From assembly GCA_011605725.1 (NCBI GenBank), contig JAAOZP010000003.1:9032-73031 (forward strand): 64,000 nt of DNA. The letters are read 5' to 3'. This document shows positions 29,261 through 38,814 of the stretch, in pieces. A program made the translations under genes and the position numbers. Under the pieces are notes generated by a model, which ran no database searches, was not told the DNA's origin, and worked only from the letters and a program-made list of their open reading frames with translations. The DNA is from Nitrososphaerota archaeon. GTDB taxonomy: Archaea > Thermoproteota > EX4484-205 > JAAOZP01. The first letter of the stretch is position 1. Each line of letters opens with the position of its first letter.

Positions 29261-29453
29261 AAGCCTATTTACAATGCTTCCAAGATATAAAAAGCTTGAG
29301 TCTTAAGAAGCTTGTGTACACTATAAGTGCTGGCGCTATTCGAAACGGGTCCAGAATAATGGAGAAATGATTCTTGGCATCTCGCTGGCTGAAGGGTCGT
29401 TCGGAATACTGCTAGAAATGATCATCTTCACTACAAAACCAGAAAAACATGCT

Positions 29454-30305
29454 TCAAACATTGTTTGCTATTTCCCTTAGCTTTTCTCCAACAACTTTGA
29501 GGAAATCTTCAAAATCCCTTTGAGGAAGCTCTATTAATAGCCTTCTTTCGAAAGGGTCTTCAAGAAATCCCTCTACTATTTCCAATCCTTTTCTATTCCT
29601 CTCAAGGTTGCTTCTATACTTCCTGTAATAGAGCGATGCTCTTACTTTCTCAAGAATTTCTTTAGCTAAGTCCTCTATTTTGTAACCGTGTTTTGAGAGC
29701 ATGAATAAATCATAGAAGTCTCTGAGTTTTTGAGCTCTCCTCGTCAGTATAGCTCTTACTTTTTCACACAGGATTTCTCTTTCGTCGTAAGCCATTATTT
29801 GAAGAGGCTTATAGAAGTCTATGAATTCTTCGAAATATGCTTTTTCATCTGTTGATAATTTAGCCCCGTCCAACAAGGTTTTCACAGTGATTTTCTTTAT
29901 CGGGAAAAGCAATTTCTCTATGAAGTTTACTTGAATCTTTATCAGCTCCGAGTTCTTCCAGAGCTTGAACGTCACCATTCTACCTCCACCACCAAACTCG
30001 ATGAAATTCCTGTTTTTAAGCTCGGCTTCAAACCTAAGGCCTAATTTCTCTGAAACTGTTTTCAAAAAAGAGGCGAAATCCTTTATCTCAGCTAAGAGCT
30101 TTCTCCTCAACTTTTTCTCCCCTAAACCGGCCCACATTTCCTGCTCTCTCCATGTAAAGTCTAGGTCAACGCTAAACCTGTAGTAGCCGAAGTAACATTT
30201 AGTTAAACAGCTACCTCCCTTGAAAAGGTATTTATTGAAGAGGGGTGAGGAGCAGAAATCTTTAAGCACTCTATGCAGTATTATGTCTGATTCTATTAAG
30301 CTCAC
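29454..30305 (-). CDS. AbiEii/DUF1814-family nucleotidyltransferase (type IV TA / abortive-infection toxin).
   Basis: FKGGSCLTKCYFGYYRFSVDLDFTW matches the AbiEii motif (GGTAL…RFSEDiDf). Confidence 0.65.
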   Translation of the reverse strand: MSLIESDIILHRVLKDFCSSPLFNKYLFKGGSCLTKCYFGYYRFSVDLDFTWREQEMWAGLGEKKLRRKLLAEIKDFASFLKTVSEKLGLRFEAELKNRNFIEFGGGGRMVTFKLWKNSELIKIQVNFIEKLLFPIKKITVKTLLDGAKLSTDEKAYFEEFIDFYKPLQIMAYDEREILCEKVRAILTRRAQKLRDFYDLFMLSKHGYKIEDLAKEILEKVRASLYYRKYRSNLERNRKGLEIVEGFLEDPFERRLLIELPQRDFEDFLKVVGEKLREIANNV

Positions 30306-30344
30306 ATCCTTGATACCCGATTTTCAATTATGAATGAAACAAAC

Positions 30345-30974
30345 TCAGATAAGCCGGGCATTCCTAATAACCCTTTCAACACTCTTTGGATACAGTTTAA
30401 GATACGCTTCGATTTTCCTTCTATCCAGGTTCCTTGCATATTCGCGTATTGTTGAAATTATTTTCTCCTCCGGTAAACCACGGTATCTGAAGACATAAGT
30501 AAAGTCTAGAAGAGTCTTCTCCGCGTCGGAGAACCTAATGCCGTCTCTATCTACCACCCCTAGGCTGAGAAGCCTGCTCTTAAGCTTAAGAAACTTCACC
30601 TTTTCACCGGCTATCTCTATTTCCTTAGGCCGATAGATCTCATTATTCACCACGAAGATCGTCCTGAAAAACTCATGAGTAAGACCATTAAGCCTGAGCG
30701 CAGTGTAGAGCCCGAAGTACCAGTTAAGCCCAAGCCTGTTCAACCCTAGAGAGATAACCCTATAAGGGTCTACGGATTTCTTGAGTTTAAACTCCTCGAT
30801 AGTCTTCACATAATATAGGCCTCTCAGGATCCTGATGAAATACCCATAGGATATCATGAAATTAATCGTATTAACATGGTTCACCCGGAACCTTTTACAG
30901 TTTTTCTCCACCTCCTCTCTAGTAATAACGCTGCCTCCGAACCTCGATAAAAGGAACTTCGTTACAATTCTCAT
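30345..30974 (-). CDS. AbiEi-like antitoxin / transcriptional regulator partner of AbiEii.
   Basis: Sits immediately upstream of AbiEii on the same strand with a 40-bp gap. Length 209 aa with a predicted N-terminal wHTH-like region. Assignment is by gene context. Confidence 0.4.
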   Translation of the reverse strand: MRIVTKFLLSRFGGSVITREEVEKNCKRFRVNHVNTINFMISYGYFIRILRGLYYVKTIEEFKLKKSVDPYRVISLGLNRLGLNWYFGLYTALRLNGLTHEFFRTIFVVNNEIYRPKEIEIAGEKVKFLKLKSRLLSLGVVDRDGIRFSDAEKTLLDFTYVFRYRGLPEEKIISTIREYARNLDRRKIEAYLKLYPKSVERVIRNARLI

Positions 30975-31266
30975 GATAGTTATTCATGTAACAACCTTTA
31001 AAAATCTTTCTGATTGTTACACAAGTCGTTAGGTCCGATGACAAAGGAAGTCTTCATCAAGCATCACAAGCTTCCCGATGCGCGCGTACGTCAGTTATAT
31101 GGATTCCCCGATGAAAATTAAATATACGTATGTTATGCACCGCCCATGAAGCATAAGGCAATCGCGCGCTGTTCTCAAACCTCTTAGCTCGCGCTAAGGC
31201 ACCAGGGAGAGCTGCCTTTAACCTGTCCAATAAGTTTATGAATACTTTTACTACTTCCTTAAACAG

Positions 31267-32244
31267 ATGAATAAGACGCCAGAGTATTTTCTAGTCTCCG
31301 TGTCCACTCGAGAAAACCTTGAACTGTGCGAAAAGCATGCTTTAGCCGGTTTCACAAACAGCGTCAACGGGCTCTGGACGTTCTTAGACATTGACGAGGG
31401 GGATTTCATATCTTTCCTTTACGGCGCAAGAGTGTATAACCTTTACAGGGTCTTAAGGAAAGAGGCTTTCAAGAATGCGGACAGGCTTCCCCCGTGGCCT
31501 CCTGTCACGTTCAAGATGTCGGGCAAAACCTATTACTTTCCCTTCAGGCTGCATCTTGAGCAGGAGAGGGTTTTAAACGAGCCTATGGTGAGGCCTGAAT
31601 TCGCATATGTTGCTGAAAACCTGCTTTTAAGAGGAGGATATAGGAAGACGCATTTCCAGGCGGATACAGTAACCCTGTATAATGTTTCCAACATGGGTTC
31701 TCGTTTCGAAGGTGAAAACGAGCAGCTTCATCTAGGAAAGGAGGTTTTTCAGCCCAAGATCGTTTTTAGAAAAGGGAAGGAGGATTCAGAAAGGTTTCGC
31801 TTCCATGAACTTGTTTTACAGAGCTTGGTTAGAAAGAAGATTAGAGACGGGGCGCTGAGCATGATTCTGGAACACTTTGAAGTAAGCCACCCGCCCGGTG
31901 AGTTCGAGGTTCTGGGGGAAAAGGCGCTGCCAGAGGGGTTCGTAGATATTTTCATTAAAATGAAGCATCCGGAGGGAGGCAATTTATACCTTGTGATTGA
32001 AGTTAAAACAGGTGGAGCAAGCCCTCAGGAAGTGGCTCAACTCGAGTCATACATAAATGAGCTTGGAAGCGAATGTAAAGGGGGAGTCCTAGTGGCGAAA
32101 AGCTTTTCCAAGAGGACAATGGCTGATTGTAAATCTAAGAGGATTCTGCCGGTTAAATACTATTTTAAAAACTTGGATGAGGAAAAAGAGTATGCTTATG
32201 AGGAATTATTGGGTGCCTTACGGTTGGAACCGATGAACCTCTAA
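31267..32244 (+). CDS. PUA-like (EVE/ASCH-type) domain fused to a Mrr-like PD-(D/E)xK nuclease. A putative modification-dependent endonuclease.
   Basis: The N-terminus ([23 protein letters not shown]…[18 protein letters not shown]) is PUA/EVE-like. The C-terminus ([38 protein letters not shown]) carries a D…E-V-K nuclease core. Confidence 0.45.
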   Translation: MNKTPEYFLVSVSTRENLELCEKHALAGFTNSVNGLWTFLDIDEGDFISFLYGARVYNLYRVLRKEAFKNADRLPPWPPVTFKMSGKTYYFPFRLHLEQERVLNEPMVRPEFAYVAENLLLRGGYRKTHFQADTVTLYNVSNMGSRFEGENEQLHLGKEVFQPKIVFRKGKEDSERFRFHELVLQSLVRKKIRDGALSMILEHFEVSHPPGEFEVLGEKALPEGFVDIFIKMKHPEGGNLYLVIEVKTGGASPQEVAQLESYINELGSECKGGVLVAKSFSKRTMADCKSKRILPVKYYFKNLDEEKEYAYEELLGALRLEPMNL

Positions 32245-32300
32245 GTTCCAAAAACGTTTTAAACATCAATCGTATAGGGGATCTTTAGGGGTGAAGGAAG

Positions 32301-32543
32301 ATGCCTGAAGTAGAATCCAGCATCATTTCCAAAATCATAAAATGCAAAGGGTATCATAAGCATGTACCGGAATACGGAGAAAGAGCTTGGATTGCTGAAG
32401 GGGAAACGGTGAATGTCATTTACTGGGATGCGGGAAACACTTGGTGCGACATAATGGACGTGGTTCCTAAAAAAGGAAGGGGACAGAAAGAGGTCGTAGA
32501 ATTTTATAGAAAGCTCAGGAAGGCAGTAAGGAAATATTACTGA
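32301..32543 (+). CDS. Small hypothetical protein.
   Basis: 80-aa ORF between the nuclease and vapBC. No motif recognised. Confidence 0.3.
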   Translation: MPEVESSIISKIIKCKGYHKHVPEYGERAWIAEGETVNVIYWDAGNTWCDIMDVVPKKGRGQKEVVEFYRKLRKAVRKYY

Positions 32544-32704
32544 ACGTTGATTTCGAACTCCTGTCTTTATTAGCACGCGCTGTAGGCGCGCGCGGCTCTT
32601 CAGGGTCTTTCTATCGGTGAGGATGCTGATTTAACCTAGCGTGCGCTCGAGAAAAGAAGTTGGATTGGTAAAACTTTAAATACTAGTAAAACTTTTCCAA
32701 AAAC

Positions 32705-32968
32705 GTGGAAGAAATAGAAGACGTTACAAAGGTTTCTTCAAAGGGTCAGGTCGTGATTCCGAAAGAGATAAGGGAGAGGCTTGGAATTCTTCCTGGAGAA
32801 AAAATCATAGTAATGACTAGGGATGATGAAATAGTTTTGAAGAAGGCGAGAAAGCTACGCTTAGAAGAGTTATCTGAAAAAATAGTCGGCGTCGCTGAAA
32901 GAAACAAGATAGATGCGGAAAAGCTTATAGACGAGGCCATAAAATGGGCAAGATCAAAGCGGTCTTAG
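32705..32968 (+). CDS. vapB: VapB-type antitoxin (AbrB/SpoVT fold).
   Basis: SSKGQVVIPKEIRERLGILPGEKIIVMTRDDEIVLKK. Its end overlaps the start of the downstream PIN gene. Confidence 0.7.
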   Translation: MEEIEDVTKVSSKGQVVIPKEIRERLGILPGEKIIVMTRDDEIVLKKARKLRLEELSEKIVGVAERNKIDAEKLIDEAIKWARSKRS

Positions 32969-33375
32969 ACACGAACATTCTCGTATCGCTTCTGTTTAAA
33001 AAAGGTTTGGCAAAGGAATTCTCCAAGCTAATGGAGAAGGGGAGCGTTGAATTCTACTCTTCAGAAGAAATACTGGGAGAGTTGGCCAGAGTACTGACTT
33101 ACCTGAAAATCGAACAGGTGTTTAAAAAGGCGGGGATAAATAAAACAACAGCATTAGAATCCATAGTAGAAATATTAAAGATAGTGAATCCCAAAGTTAA
33201 GGTTGACGCCGTAAAAAGTGACCCGTTAGATAATAAGGTTTTAGAGTGTGCGCTCGAAGCAGGAGCAAACTACGTAGTTAGTGGGGACAGGCATTTGCTC
33301 GAGTTGAGAAGATTCAGAAAAATAGAAATATTGACAGCAAGAGAATTTTTGGAAGAAACAAGTTCATCCTCATAG
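32944..33375 (+). CDS. vapC: VapC-type PIN-domain toxin.
   Basis: AVLDTNILVSLL… gives the N-terminal acidic PIN residue. DPLDNKVLECALEAGANYVVSGDRHLL is typical of PIN family PF13470. Confidence 0.7.
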   Translation: MGKIKAVLDTNILVSLLFKKGLAKEFSKLMEKGSVEFYSSEEILGELARVLTYLKIEQVFKKAGINKTTALESIVEILKIVNPKVKVDAVKSDPLDNKVLECALEAGANYVVSGDRHLLELRRFRKIEILTAREFLEETSSSS

Positions 33376-33388
33376 AGTCGTTTCAAGA

Positions 33389-33982
33389 TCACGTGTTTAA
33401 AGCTCGCGCGCTTGAAACCAGTTTCTCAAGTTTCTTGAAATCTTCCTCCATCTTCCTCCTGATGCTTGGGAACCTCATTCCCGCAGCCGGGTGGAAAGTT
33501 GGAAAACAGGTTACTTGCCCCTTCCTCATAAGCTTCCCATGGCTTTTCGATATGGAGACTTTTTCGTTGGGAAACAATGCTTTAAGGGCAACATTTCCAA
33601 GAACCACGATTAACCTTGGCTTGATGATTTCGATTTGCTCGAGGAAAAACGGTTTGCAGGCTTCAACCTCGTCTTTCACAGGCGGCCTGTTTTTAGGCGT
33701 GTGACACTTAACTACTCCAGTTATAAAGACTTCACTCCTTTCTAGGCCTATTTGGCTCAGAAGCTTTTCAAAAAATTTCCCAGACATTCCTACGAATGGT
33801 TTTCCTTGAGCATCCTCGTTTCTCCCAGGATTCTGCCCAAGAAACATTATCTTCGCGTTAGAAGGGCCTTCTCCAGGAACAGCGTTAACCCTTATCCTCC
33901 AAAGCCTGCATCTTCTACACTCCTTTATTCTTTTTTCAAGCTTAAGCAGTTTCCTATGCTTCTCCATTCTTAATCTTCCCAA
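33389..33982 (-). CDS. udg: Family-4 (thermostable) uracil-DNA glycosylase.
   Basis: PGEGPSNAKIMFLGQNPGRNEDAQGKPFVGMSGKFF is the family-4 UDG signature. CRRCRLW is the Fe-S cysteine cluster region. Confidence 0.8.
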   Translation of the reverse strand: MGRLRMEKHRKLLKLEKRIKECRRCRLWRIRVNAVPGEGPSNAKIMFLGQNPGRNEDAQGKPFVGMSGKFFEKLLSQIGLERSEVFITGVVKCHTPKNRPPVKDEVEACKPFFLEQIEIIKPRLIVVLGNVALKALFPNEKVSISKSHGKLMRKGQVTCFPTFHPAAGMRFPSIRRKMEEDFKKLEKLVSSARALNT

Positions 33983-34177
33983 TGTTTTTCAAGCCTCCTC
34001 CGCCTCTTATTACTTTCGCATTTTTCAAGCTGAGAAGGGCTTTCACCAGCGCTGCTTCATACAAATCCTTTTTCAAATCGAAAGCGATTCATCCTCGCGC
34101 TTGCCCGTAAGCCCTGTTGGCAGGTAATCTTTTTAAATCATGCGCGTAACCAAGGGGTTTCAGCCTGATGAGTAAGC

Positions 34178-35437
34178 ATGGATGCGAGCAGCGTGCAGCA
34201 GACCGAGCTTAAGCCTTCCCTAGGTCTGTTTGACGCCACTGCCATCAGCATTGGCGCGATTATTGGAGCAGGCATTTTCATCGTTACAGGTATTGCTGCG
34301 GGCTTAGCCGGTTCAGCCCTAGTGGTTTCAATGCTCATAGCAGCAGTAATCGCGTTGTTAACTGCTTTAAGCATAGCGGAGCTCACGGCCTGGCAACCCT
34401 TAGAGGGAAGCATCTATGAATATGCTTACCGATTAATCTCGCCGTTCGCGGGTTTTCTAGCAGGATGGATATGGGTTTTGTCAAACACTTTTGCGGGAGC
34501 AGCTGTCTCACTGGGCTTCGCGTATTACCTTGCGGCGCTAGCTCCAGTTCTGCCTACTAATCTTATTGCAGCAATAGTCTGCCTGGGTTTCACGACGCTG
34601 AACTTCATCGGGATCCGTCAGTCAGCTTTCACCAACAATATTCTCGTCGCTGCAAAACTGCTCATACTGGTGTTCTTCATCGTAACCGGTTTCTGCTTCA
34701 TAAGGGTGGAGAACTTCTCGCGGTTTGAGCCTTTTAAAGCCGGGGTACTCTATGGAGCATTCTACATTTTCTTCGCCTACGGCGGCTTCGCCAGAGTAGC
34801 CGTTGTAGCGGAGGAGGTTAGAAACGCTAGGAAAAATGTTCCAAGAGCAATACTTCTATCCCTAGTAATATCCACGCTGGTTTACATTCTCGTTGGAACC
34901 GTAGCCGTCGGGCTTGCAGGAGCCTCAGGTCTTTCAAGCTCGAAATCGCCGTTGACGGATGCAATAAGCGTGACAGGCAGCACGGCCGCGGTCTACATAG
35001 TTTCCGCCGGAGGGCTTGTCGCAACCGCGAGTGTCCTGCTCACATCAATCCTAGGCGTGTCTCGCATGGTTTATGCGATGGCGAGGAGAAGAGACCTGCC
35101 TCAAGCCATGAGCAAGCTGCACGCTAGATTCGGCACACCATATTACTCCATCTGGATAATTGGTGTTTTAATGACGGTTCTCGCTCTATTCATAGACCTC
35201 AGCAGGATTATCGCCATAAGCACTTTCGCACTGCTTTTCTACTATGCTCTGGCAAACATGTCTGCGTTAAGATTGAGAATTGAGAAACGGCTTTACCCCA
35301 GTGTTATCCCAGTCCTAGGCTTAGCCACCTGCCTAATCCTAATGGTTTTTATCCCGCTTGAAGCATGGATAATGGGTTCTGCAGGGTTAGCAGCAGGCGT
35401 AGCCTTCCACTGGATGAAAAGACGCTTCTCGACATAG
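34178..35437 (+). CDS. APC-superfamily amino acid/polyamine permease.
   Basis: 12-TM protein with an N-terminal pattern typical of amino acid permeases (…FDATAISIGAIIGAGIFIVTG…). Confidence 0.7.
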   Translation: MDASSVQQTELKPSLGLFDATAISIGAIIGAGIFIVTGIAAGLAGSALVVSMLIAAVIALLTALSIAELTAWQPLEGSIYEYAYRLISPFAGFLAGWIWVLSNTFAGAAVSLGFAYYLAALAPVLPTNLIAAIVCLGFTTLNFIGIRQSAFTNNILVAAKLLILVFFIVTGFCFIRVENFSRFEPFKAGVLYGAFYIFFAYGGFARVAVVAEEVRNARKNVPRAILLSLVISTLVYILVGTVAVGLAGASGLSSSKSPLTDAISVTGSTAAVYIVSAGGLVATASVLLTSILGVSRMVYAMARRRDLPQAMSKLHARFGTPYYSIWIIGVLMTVLALFIDLSRIIAISTFALLFYYALANMSALRLRIEKRLYPSVIPVLGLATCLILMVFIPLEAWIMGSAGLAAGVAFHWMKRRFST

Positions 35438-35612
35438 TTGGGGAATGCAGTCTTTCGCCGACACTAGCCCGTATTCATCACTGCCACTATGCTTTCCCTC
35501 TCAGGTTTAAAGACCGATGAAGCTAACCCTACAATCATAGTGGGTAGGCGCGCTAAAGGTTGTTGTCAAGTGAAGAAGTGTTATCGAGGAAAAGCAGCGC
35601 GTTAGCGCGCGC

Positions 35613-35680
35613 GTTGAGACTGTAAAGCCTAGGGAGAAACTGTTAATAGTAATGAGTGAAATCATCGAGGTCATAACCTA
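35613..35680. repeat. Direct repeat copy 1: a 68-bp perfect repeat, with ~25 bp of additional flanking similarity.
   Basis: gttgagactgtaaagcctagggagaaactgttaatagtaatgagtgaaatcatcgaggtcataaccta is identical to the stretch at 37486..37553. Confidence 0.85.
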
Positions 35681-35896
35681 GAAGATTCTTCAAGCGTGCG
35701 AGGTTAGGGAGAACAGGGTTATCTGACCCTATGGGTTCGAGTTCGATGTTACCTGCTGCCTGCCGAAGGAAGCATGGGAGAGTGGAGGCTATGCGTGCTA
35801 GAGTTGAATAATCTGCTTCAAAGAGCGCGCTCTTTATGATTGAGAGCAAATCTCAGCATAGTCAATGAATATTTCCATCTTTAAAACATAGTTGGA

Positions 35897-37192
35897 TCAT
35901 GATTCGAGTAGCCATTTCCACAAGGGTAGGAACCTAATCCTCCTGCCATCATGCTTCTCCACTCCTTCATAGTCCCAAGTGATCACGGTTAGGTCGCTAC
36001 AGTCCAGCTCCTTAGAAGCCTTCACTAGCGCGCTTATTTCCCTCTCCTTCGTATCGAAATCCTCTATATTGTAGCATACTTGTATTAATTGCTTAATCTT
36101 TCCACCGCTCTTTATAATGAAGTCCACCTCCTTATTATTGGAGCTGAAATAGAACAAGTTTTCGTTTGGAGTGAAACCTTTCTTCAAGAGTTCTGAGAAA
36201 ACCAGGTTCTCCATAAGCCTGCTCGTGCTTTCAACTCCATTGACGATGAGCAGGCCATTATCCACCAAGTATATCTTTGGAATAGTCTGCTCCACTTCCT
36301 TATAGGACCTAGAATACTTCCTTAAAGTGCATAAAACTAACGAGTCTGAAAAATACTCAACATAGTTGTAAAGAGTGTTCTTACTAACCTTCATCCCCAA
36401 GGATTTAATATAGTTATAAAACTTATGGATTGAAAAATACGTGGACGACACTAAACTCTTAACCATTAATCTAAGGACTCTTATGTTCTTAACCTTGAAC
36501 CTCTCTATTATGTCCCTATAGATAGTAACCTCAAATATTTCCTTCAAGATCTTTTCCCTTTCATTTTCGAATAGTACTACTTCAGGATAGCTTCCCCTCA
36601 TGTATTTCTGAAGGAGATTCAGAAGCATAGCTTTCTTTAAAGAGGAAAGATATTTTTCCGCTTCGAAGCCCTTTGCTCTCAAGAACTCTTTGAAGTTAAA
36701 AGGATAAATGTAGTAGGGAAGAGTCCTTCCCCTTAGACTTGTCGCGACCTCCATGGATAGAAGCTTGGAGGAAGACCCGCTGACATACACTTGAATTCTC
36801 TCGCTATCTACAACGCTGCGCACAAACCTTTCCCAATAAGGGACGTTCTGAACCTCGTCTAGGAAAAGGTAAACCTTTTGCCTCTTATTTTCGGGGTAAA
36901 TCTCGTAAAAAATATTGAGCATGCTCCTTAAATCCTCTATGGTGCAGCCGATTAGCAAGTCGCTTTCAAGGTTAACGTAAAGTATTCTGCTTTTATCAAT
37001 ATTGTTACGCAGTAATTCCCCTATAACCTGAAACATGAAGAACGTTTTACCTGCTCTCCTCGGCCCAATTATAGATATGGCTCTTCTTATCGGAAGATCA
37101 GCTTCAATCCTAAGGTCTCTTTTCACAAGTTTAGGTAACTCGGATTCTTGGAAATCTTTTATCATTCTTATCCAGGTCTCTCGCGTTACCAT
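35897..37192 (-). CDS. AAA+ ATPase of the COG1373 / AAA_14 plus DUF4143 family, paralog of 26989..28269.
   Basis: Walker A IIGPRRAGKTFFMFQV. Walker B LFLDEVQ. Shares its C-terminal region with the paralog (…KQLIQV…ITW.Y…PLWKWL). Confidence 0.75.
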   Translation of the reverse strand: MVTRETWIRMIKDFQESELPKLVKRDLRIEADLPIRRAISIIGPRRAGKTFFMFQVIGELLRNNIDKSRILYVNLESDLLIGCTIEDLRSMLNIFYEIYPENKRQKVYLFLDEVQNVPYWERFVRSVVDSERIQVYVSGSSSKLLSMEVATSLRGRTLPYYIYPFNFKEFLRAKGFEAEKYLSSLKKAMLLNLLQKYMRGSYPEVVLFENEREKILKEIFEVTIYRDIIERFKVKNIRVLRLMVKSLVSSTYFSIHKFYNYIKSLGMKVSKNTLYNYVEYFSDSLVLCTLRKYSRSYKEVEQTIPKIYLVDNGLLIVNGVESTSRLMENLVFSELLKKGFTPNENLFYFSSNNKEVDFIIKSGGKIKQLIQVCYNIEDFDTKEREISALVKASKELDCSDLTVITWDYEGVEKHDGRRIRFLPLWKWLLES

Positions 37193-37485
37193 CGTATCAT
37201 GTATAGGGAAACTAATTTAAAAAGTTTCCCTCTTTAGAGAACCATCCCATCTATCTCGACGAATCATTCACATATGCCGTCTGAGTGCTTTATTAAATTA
37301 AGTCCTCTGTTTTATGCGTCTTAAGAATCCGTAATTGTTGTACTTCTAGCGCGCTAGTATCCTTCTGGGAGAATTTCCTTCACCCTATCTATGTTCCAGC
37401 CGTCTCTTTTCATCAACACAAAATCACAACCCCTTGTAGCGCGCTAAGAATCTTTAGCTCAGAGCAAGAAACATAAAAAGAAGTC

Positions 37486-37553
37486 GTTGAGACTGTAAAG
37501 CCTAGGGAGAAACTGTTAATAGTAATGAGTGAAATCATCGAGGTCATAACCTA
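37486..37553. repeat. Direct repeat copy 2, identical over 68 bp to 35613..35680.
   Basis: Same 68-mer. The downstream ~25 bp are similar with a 2-bp indel. Confidence 0.85.
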
Positions 37554-37671
37554 ACATTCTTCAAGCGCGCGAGGTTAGAATTATACTCTGCTCCGCGCTC
37601 GCTACAGGCTTTCTAGTAAATACTGCTGCATTAGGATTTCTAGCTATCATGTTCTGTTTCATATTCACCAC

Positions 37672-37929
37672 TCAATAAATTTTCTTCCTGTGCCCCACAT
37701 CTATTAGTATAACTTGTTTATCTTTTTCATTAATCGAGTATATTATCCTATAGTCTCCTACGCGTATTCTCCAGAGACCTGAAAGCTCGCCGCTAAGCTT
37801 AGTCCCTGCATGGGGTTTTTCCATCAGTTCTGATAGAATATCAAATACTCTTTCTTGAACGCTTTTTTCAACATTTTTAAAACTTCTCCTAAACCTATTC
37901 GTAACTATCAGCGAGTATTTAGCTTTCAA
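37672..37929 (-). CDS. relE: RelE/ParE-family toxin.
   Basis: …WRIRVGDYRIIYSINEKDKQVILIDVGHRKKIY is the RelE-family C-terminal signature. Confidence 0.7.
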   Translation of the reverse strand: MKAKYSLIVTNRFRRSFKNVEKSVQERVFDILSELMEKPHAGTKLSGELSGLWRIRVGDYRIIYSINEKDKQVILIDVGHRKKIY

Positions 37930-38152
37930 ACAGGGTTCTCCTCAATTCTTCAACGTCCTTTGCAACCACATAGTTTTTCTCCTCGTAATCCTTCAACCCT
38001 TCTCTAATCCTCTTCAACCCTTCTTCATCTAGGAGTTCCTCGAGAGTAGATAAGACTGAGTTTACGCCATCCAGATGCTTTATCAAGTCTTCGAGCAGAT
38101 GCCTAGGTAGAGTAATGGTTTCAACCATAATTCTGATAAAGTCAACTCCCAA
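37919..38152 (-). CDS. Cognate antitoxin of the RelE-like toxin.
   Basis: 77-aa ORF immediately upstream of relE, overlapping it by 11 nt. Acidic, helical-looking protein. Confidence 0.45.
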   Translation of the reverse strand: MGVDFIRIMVETITLPRHLLEDLIKHLDGVNSVLSTLEELLDEEGLKRIREGLKDYEEKNYVVAKDVEELRRTLFES

Positions 38153-38210
38153 TTTAAACCTTTACTCTCTACGCGTCAAAAGTAGAGTTGTAGTACAAGA
38201 CGCTACCGCA

Positions 38211-38626
38211 TTATCGCGAAATCTTAGCGAGCGCGCGCTCTTTAAGTTTTAGCTCTCCAGACTCGTCTCTCAGATTTAGCAAATCCATGTCAAAAGTAAT
38301 GATGCAACTTGCCTTAGCCTCATAGGCGACATTGAGGAACTTGTCATCATCAGGGTCTCTGCAAAGCTTAAATTCCTCTTTTGGTGCAGTCTTCAAAGCA
38401 CTTCTATAGATCTTATCCAGAATAAGATAGACTCTGGAAAAATCGATTCTATCAGAAACCTTGTTGAATTGGATGGCTTTCAAATACTCCTTAAAAAATG
38501 CTGTCTGAAAATAGCCACTATTAGTTCGCCATTAAGCACCCTGATGAGAATATCCTTCGACGCTCTGCTATCGATGAGTCCAGCTATTAATACAGAAGTA
38601 TCTAAAACTATTTTATCCTCGCCCAC
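38211..38626 (-). pseudogene. vapC: PIN-domain (VapC-like) toxin gene with a frameshift.
   Basis: The N-terminal part (GTG start ~38626) reads VGEDKIVLDTSVLIAGLIDSRASKDILIRVLNGELIVAIF… and stops. The C-terminal part continues in another frame as the 38211..38483 ORF (…DPDDDKFLNVAYEAKASCIITFDMDLL). Confidence 0.5.
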
Positions 38627-38814
38627 TTTTTAGCCTCCAGGGCCATTCTCTGCTTTTCTTCTTCAGACAGATCCTTAAACCTTCCACCCATCCTCTCTAA
38701 GATTCGAGCATAGTCAAGCTTCTCCACTATAAAAACATCGCCAACCCTTATGAAAACCAGTTCGTCCTCAGGATCGAATAATTCCTTAACCTTAGCTACA
38801 ATCACCTCGGTCAA
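38608..38814 (-). CDS. Small antitoxin-like protein upstream of the frameshifted PIN gene.
   Basis: 68 aa, VFIRVGDVFIVEKLD resembles a swapped-hairpin-type antitoxin. It overlaps the start of the PIN gene. Confidence 0.4.
   Translation of the reverse strand: MTEVIVAKVKELFDPEDELVFIRVGDVFIVEKLDYARILERMGGRFKDLSEEEKQRMALEAKKWARIK

Noticed and set aside
35643-35849. A 68-aa minus-strand ORF overlapping direct-repeat copy 1.
   Set aside because: Its C-terminus is encoded by the repeat itself. The second repeat copy does not preserve the frame. It has no motif. It looks like a by-product of the repeat sequence.
35613-37553. A possible CRISPR array, because of the identical 68-bp repeats.
   Set aside because: Only two copies exist, they are 1.8 kb apart, and they flank a protein-coding gene. 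The repeat length and spacing are unlike CRISPR. No other repeat-spacer structure was seen anywhere in the window.
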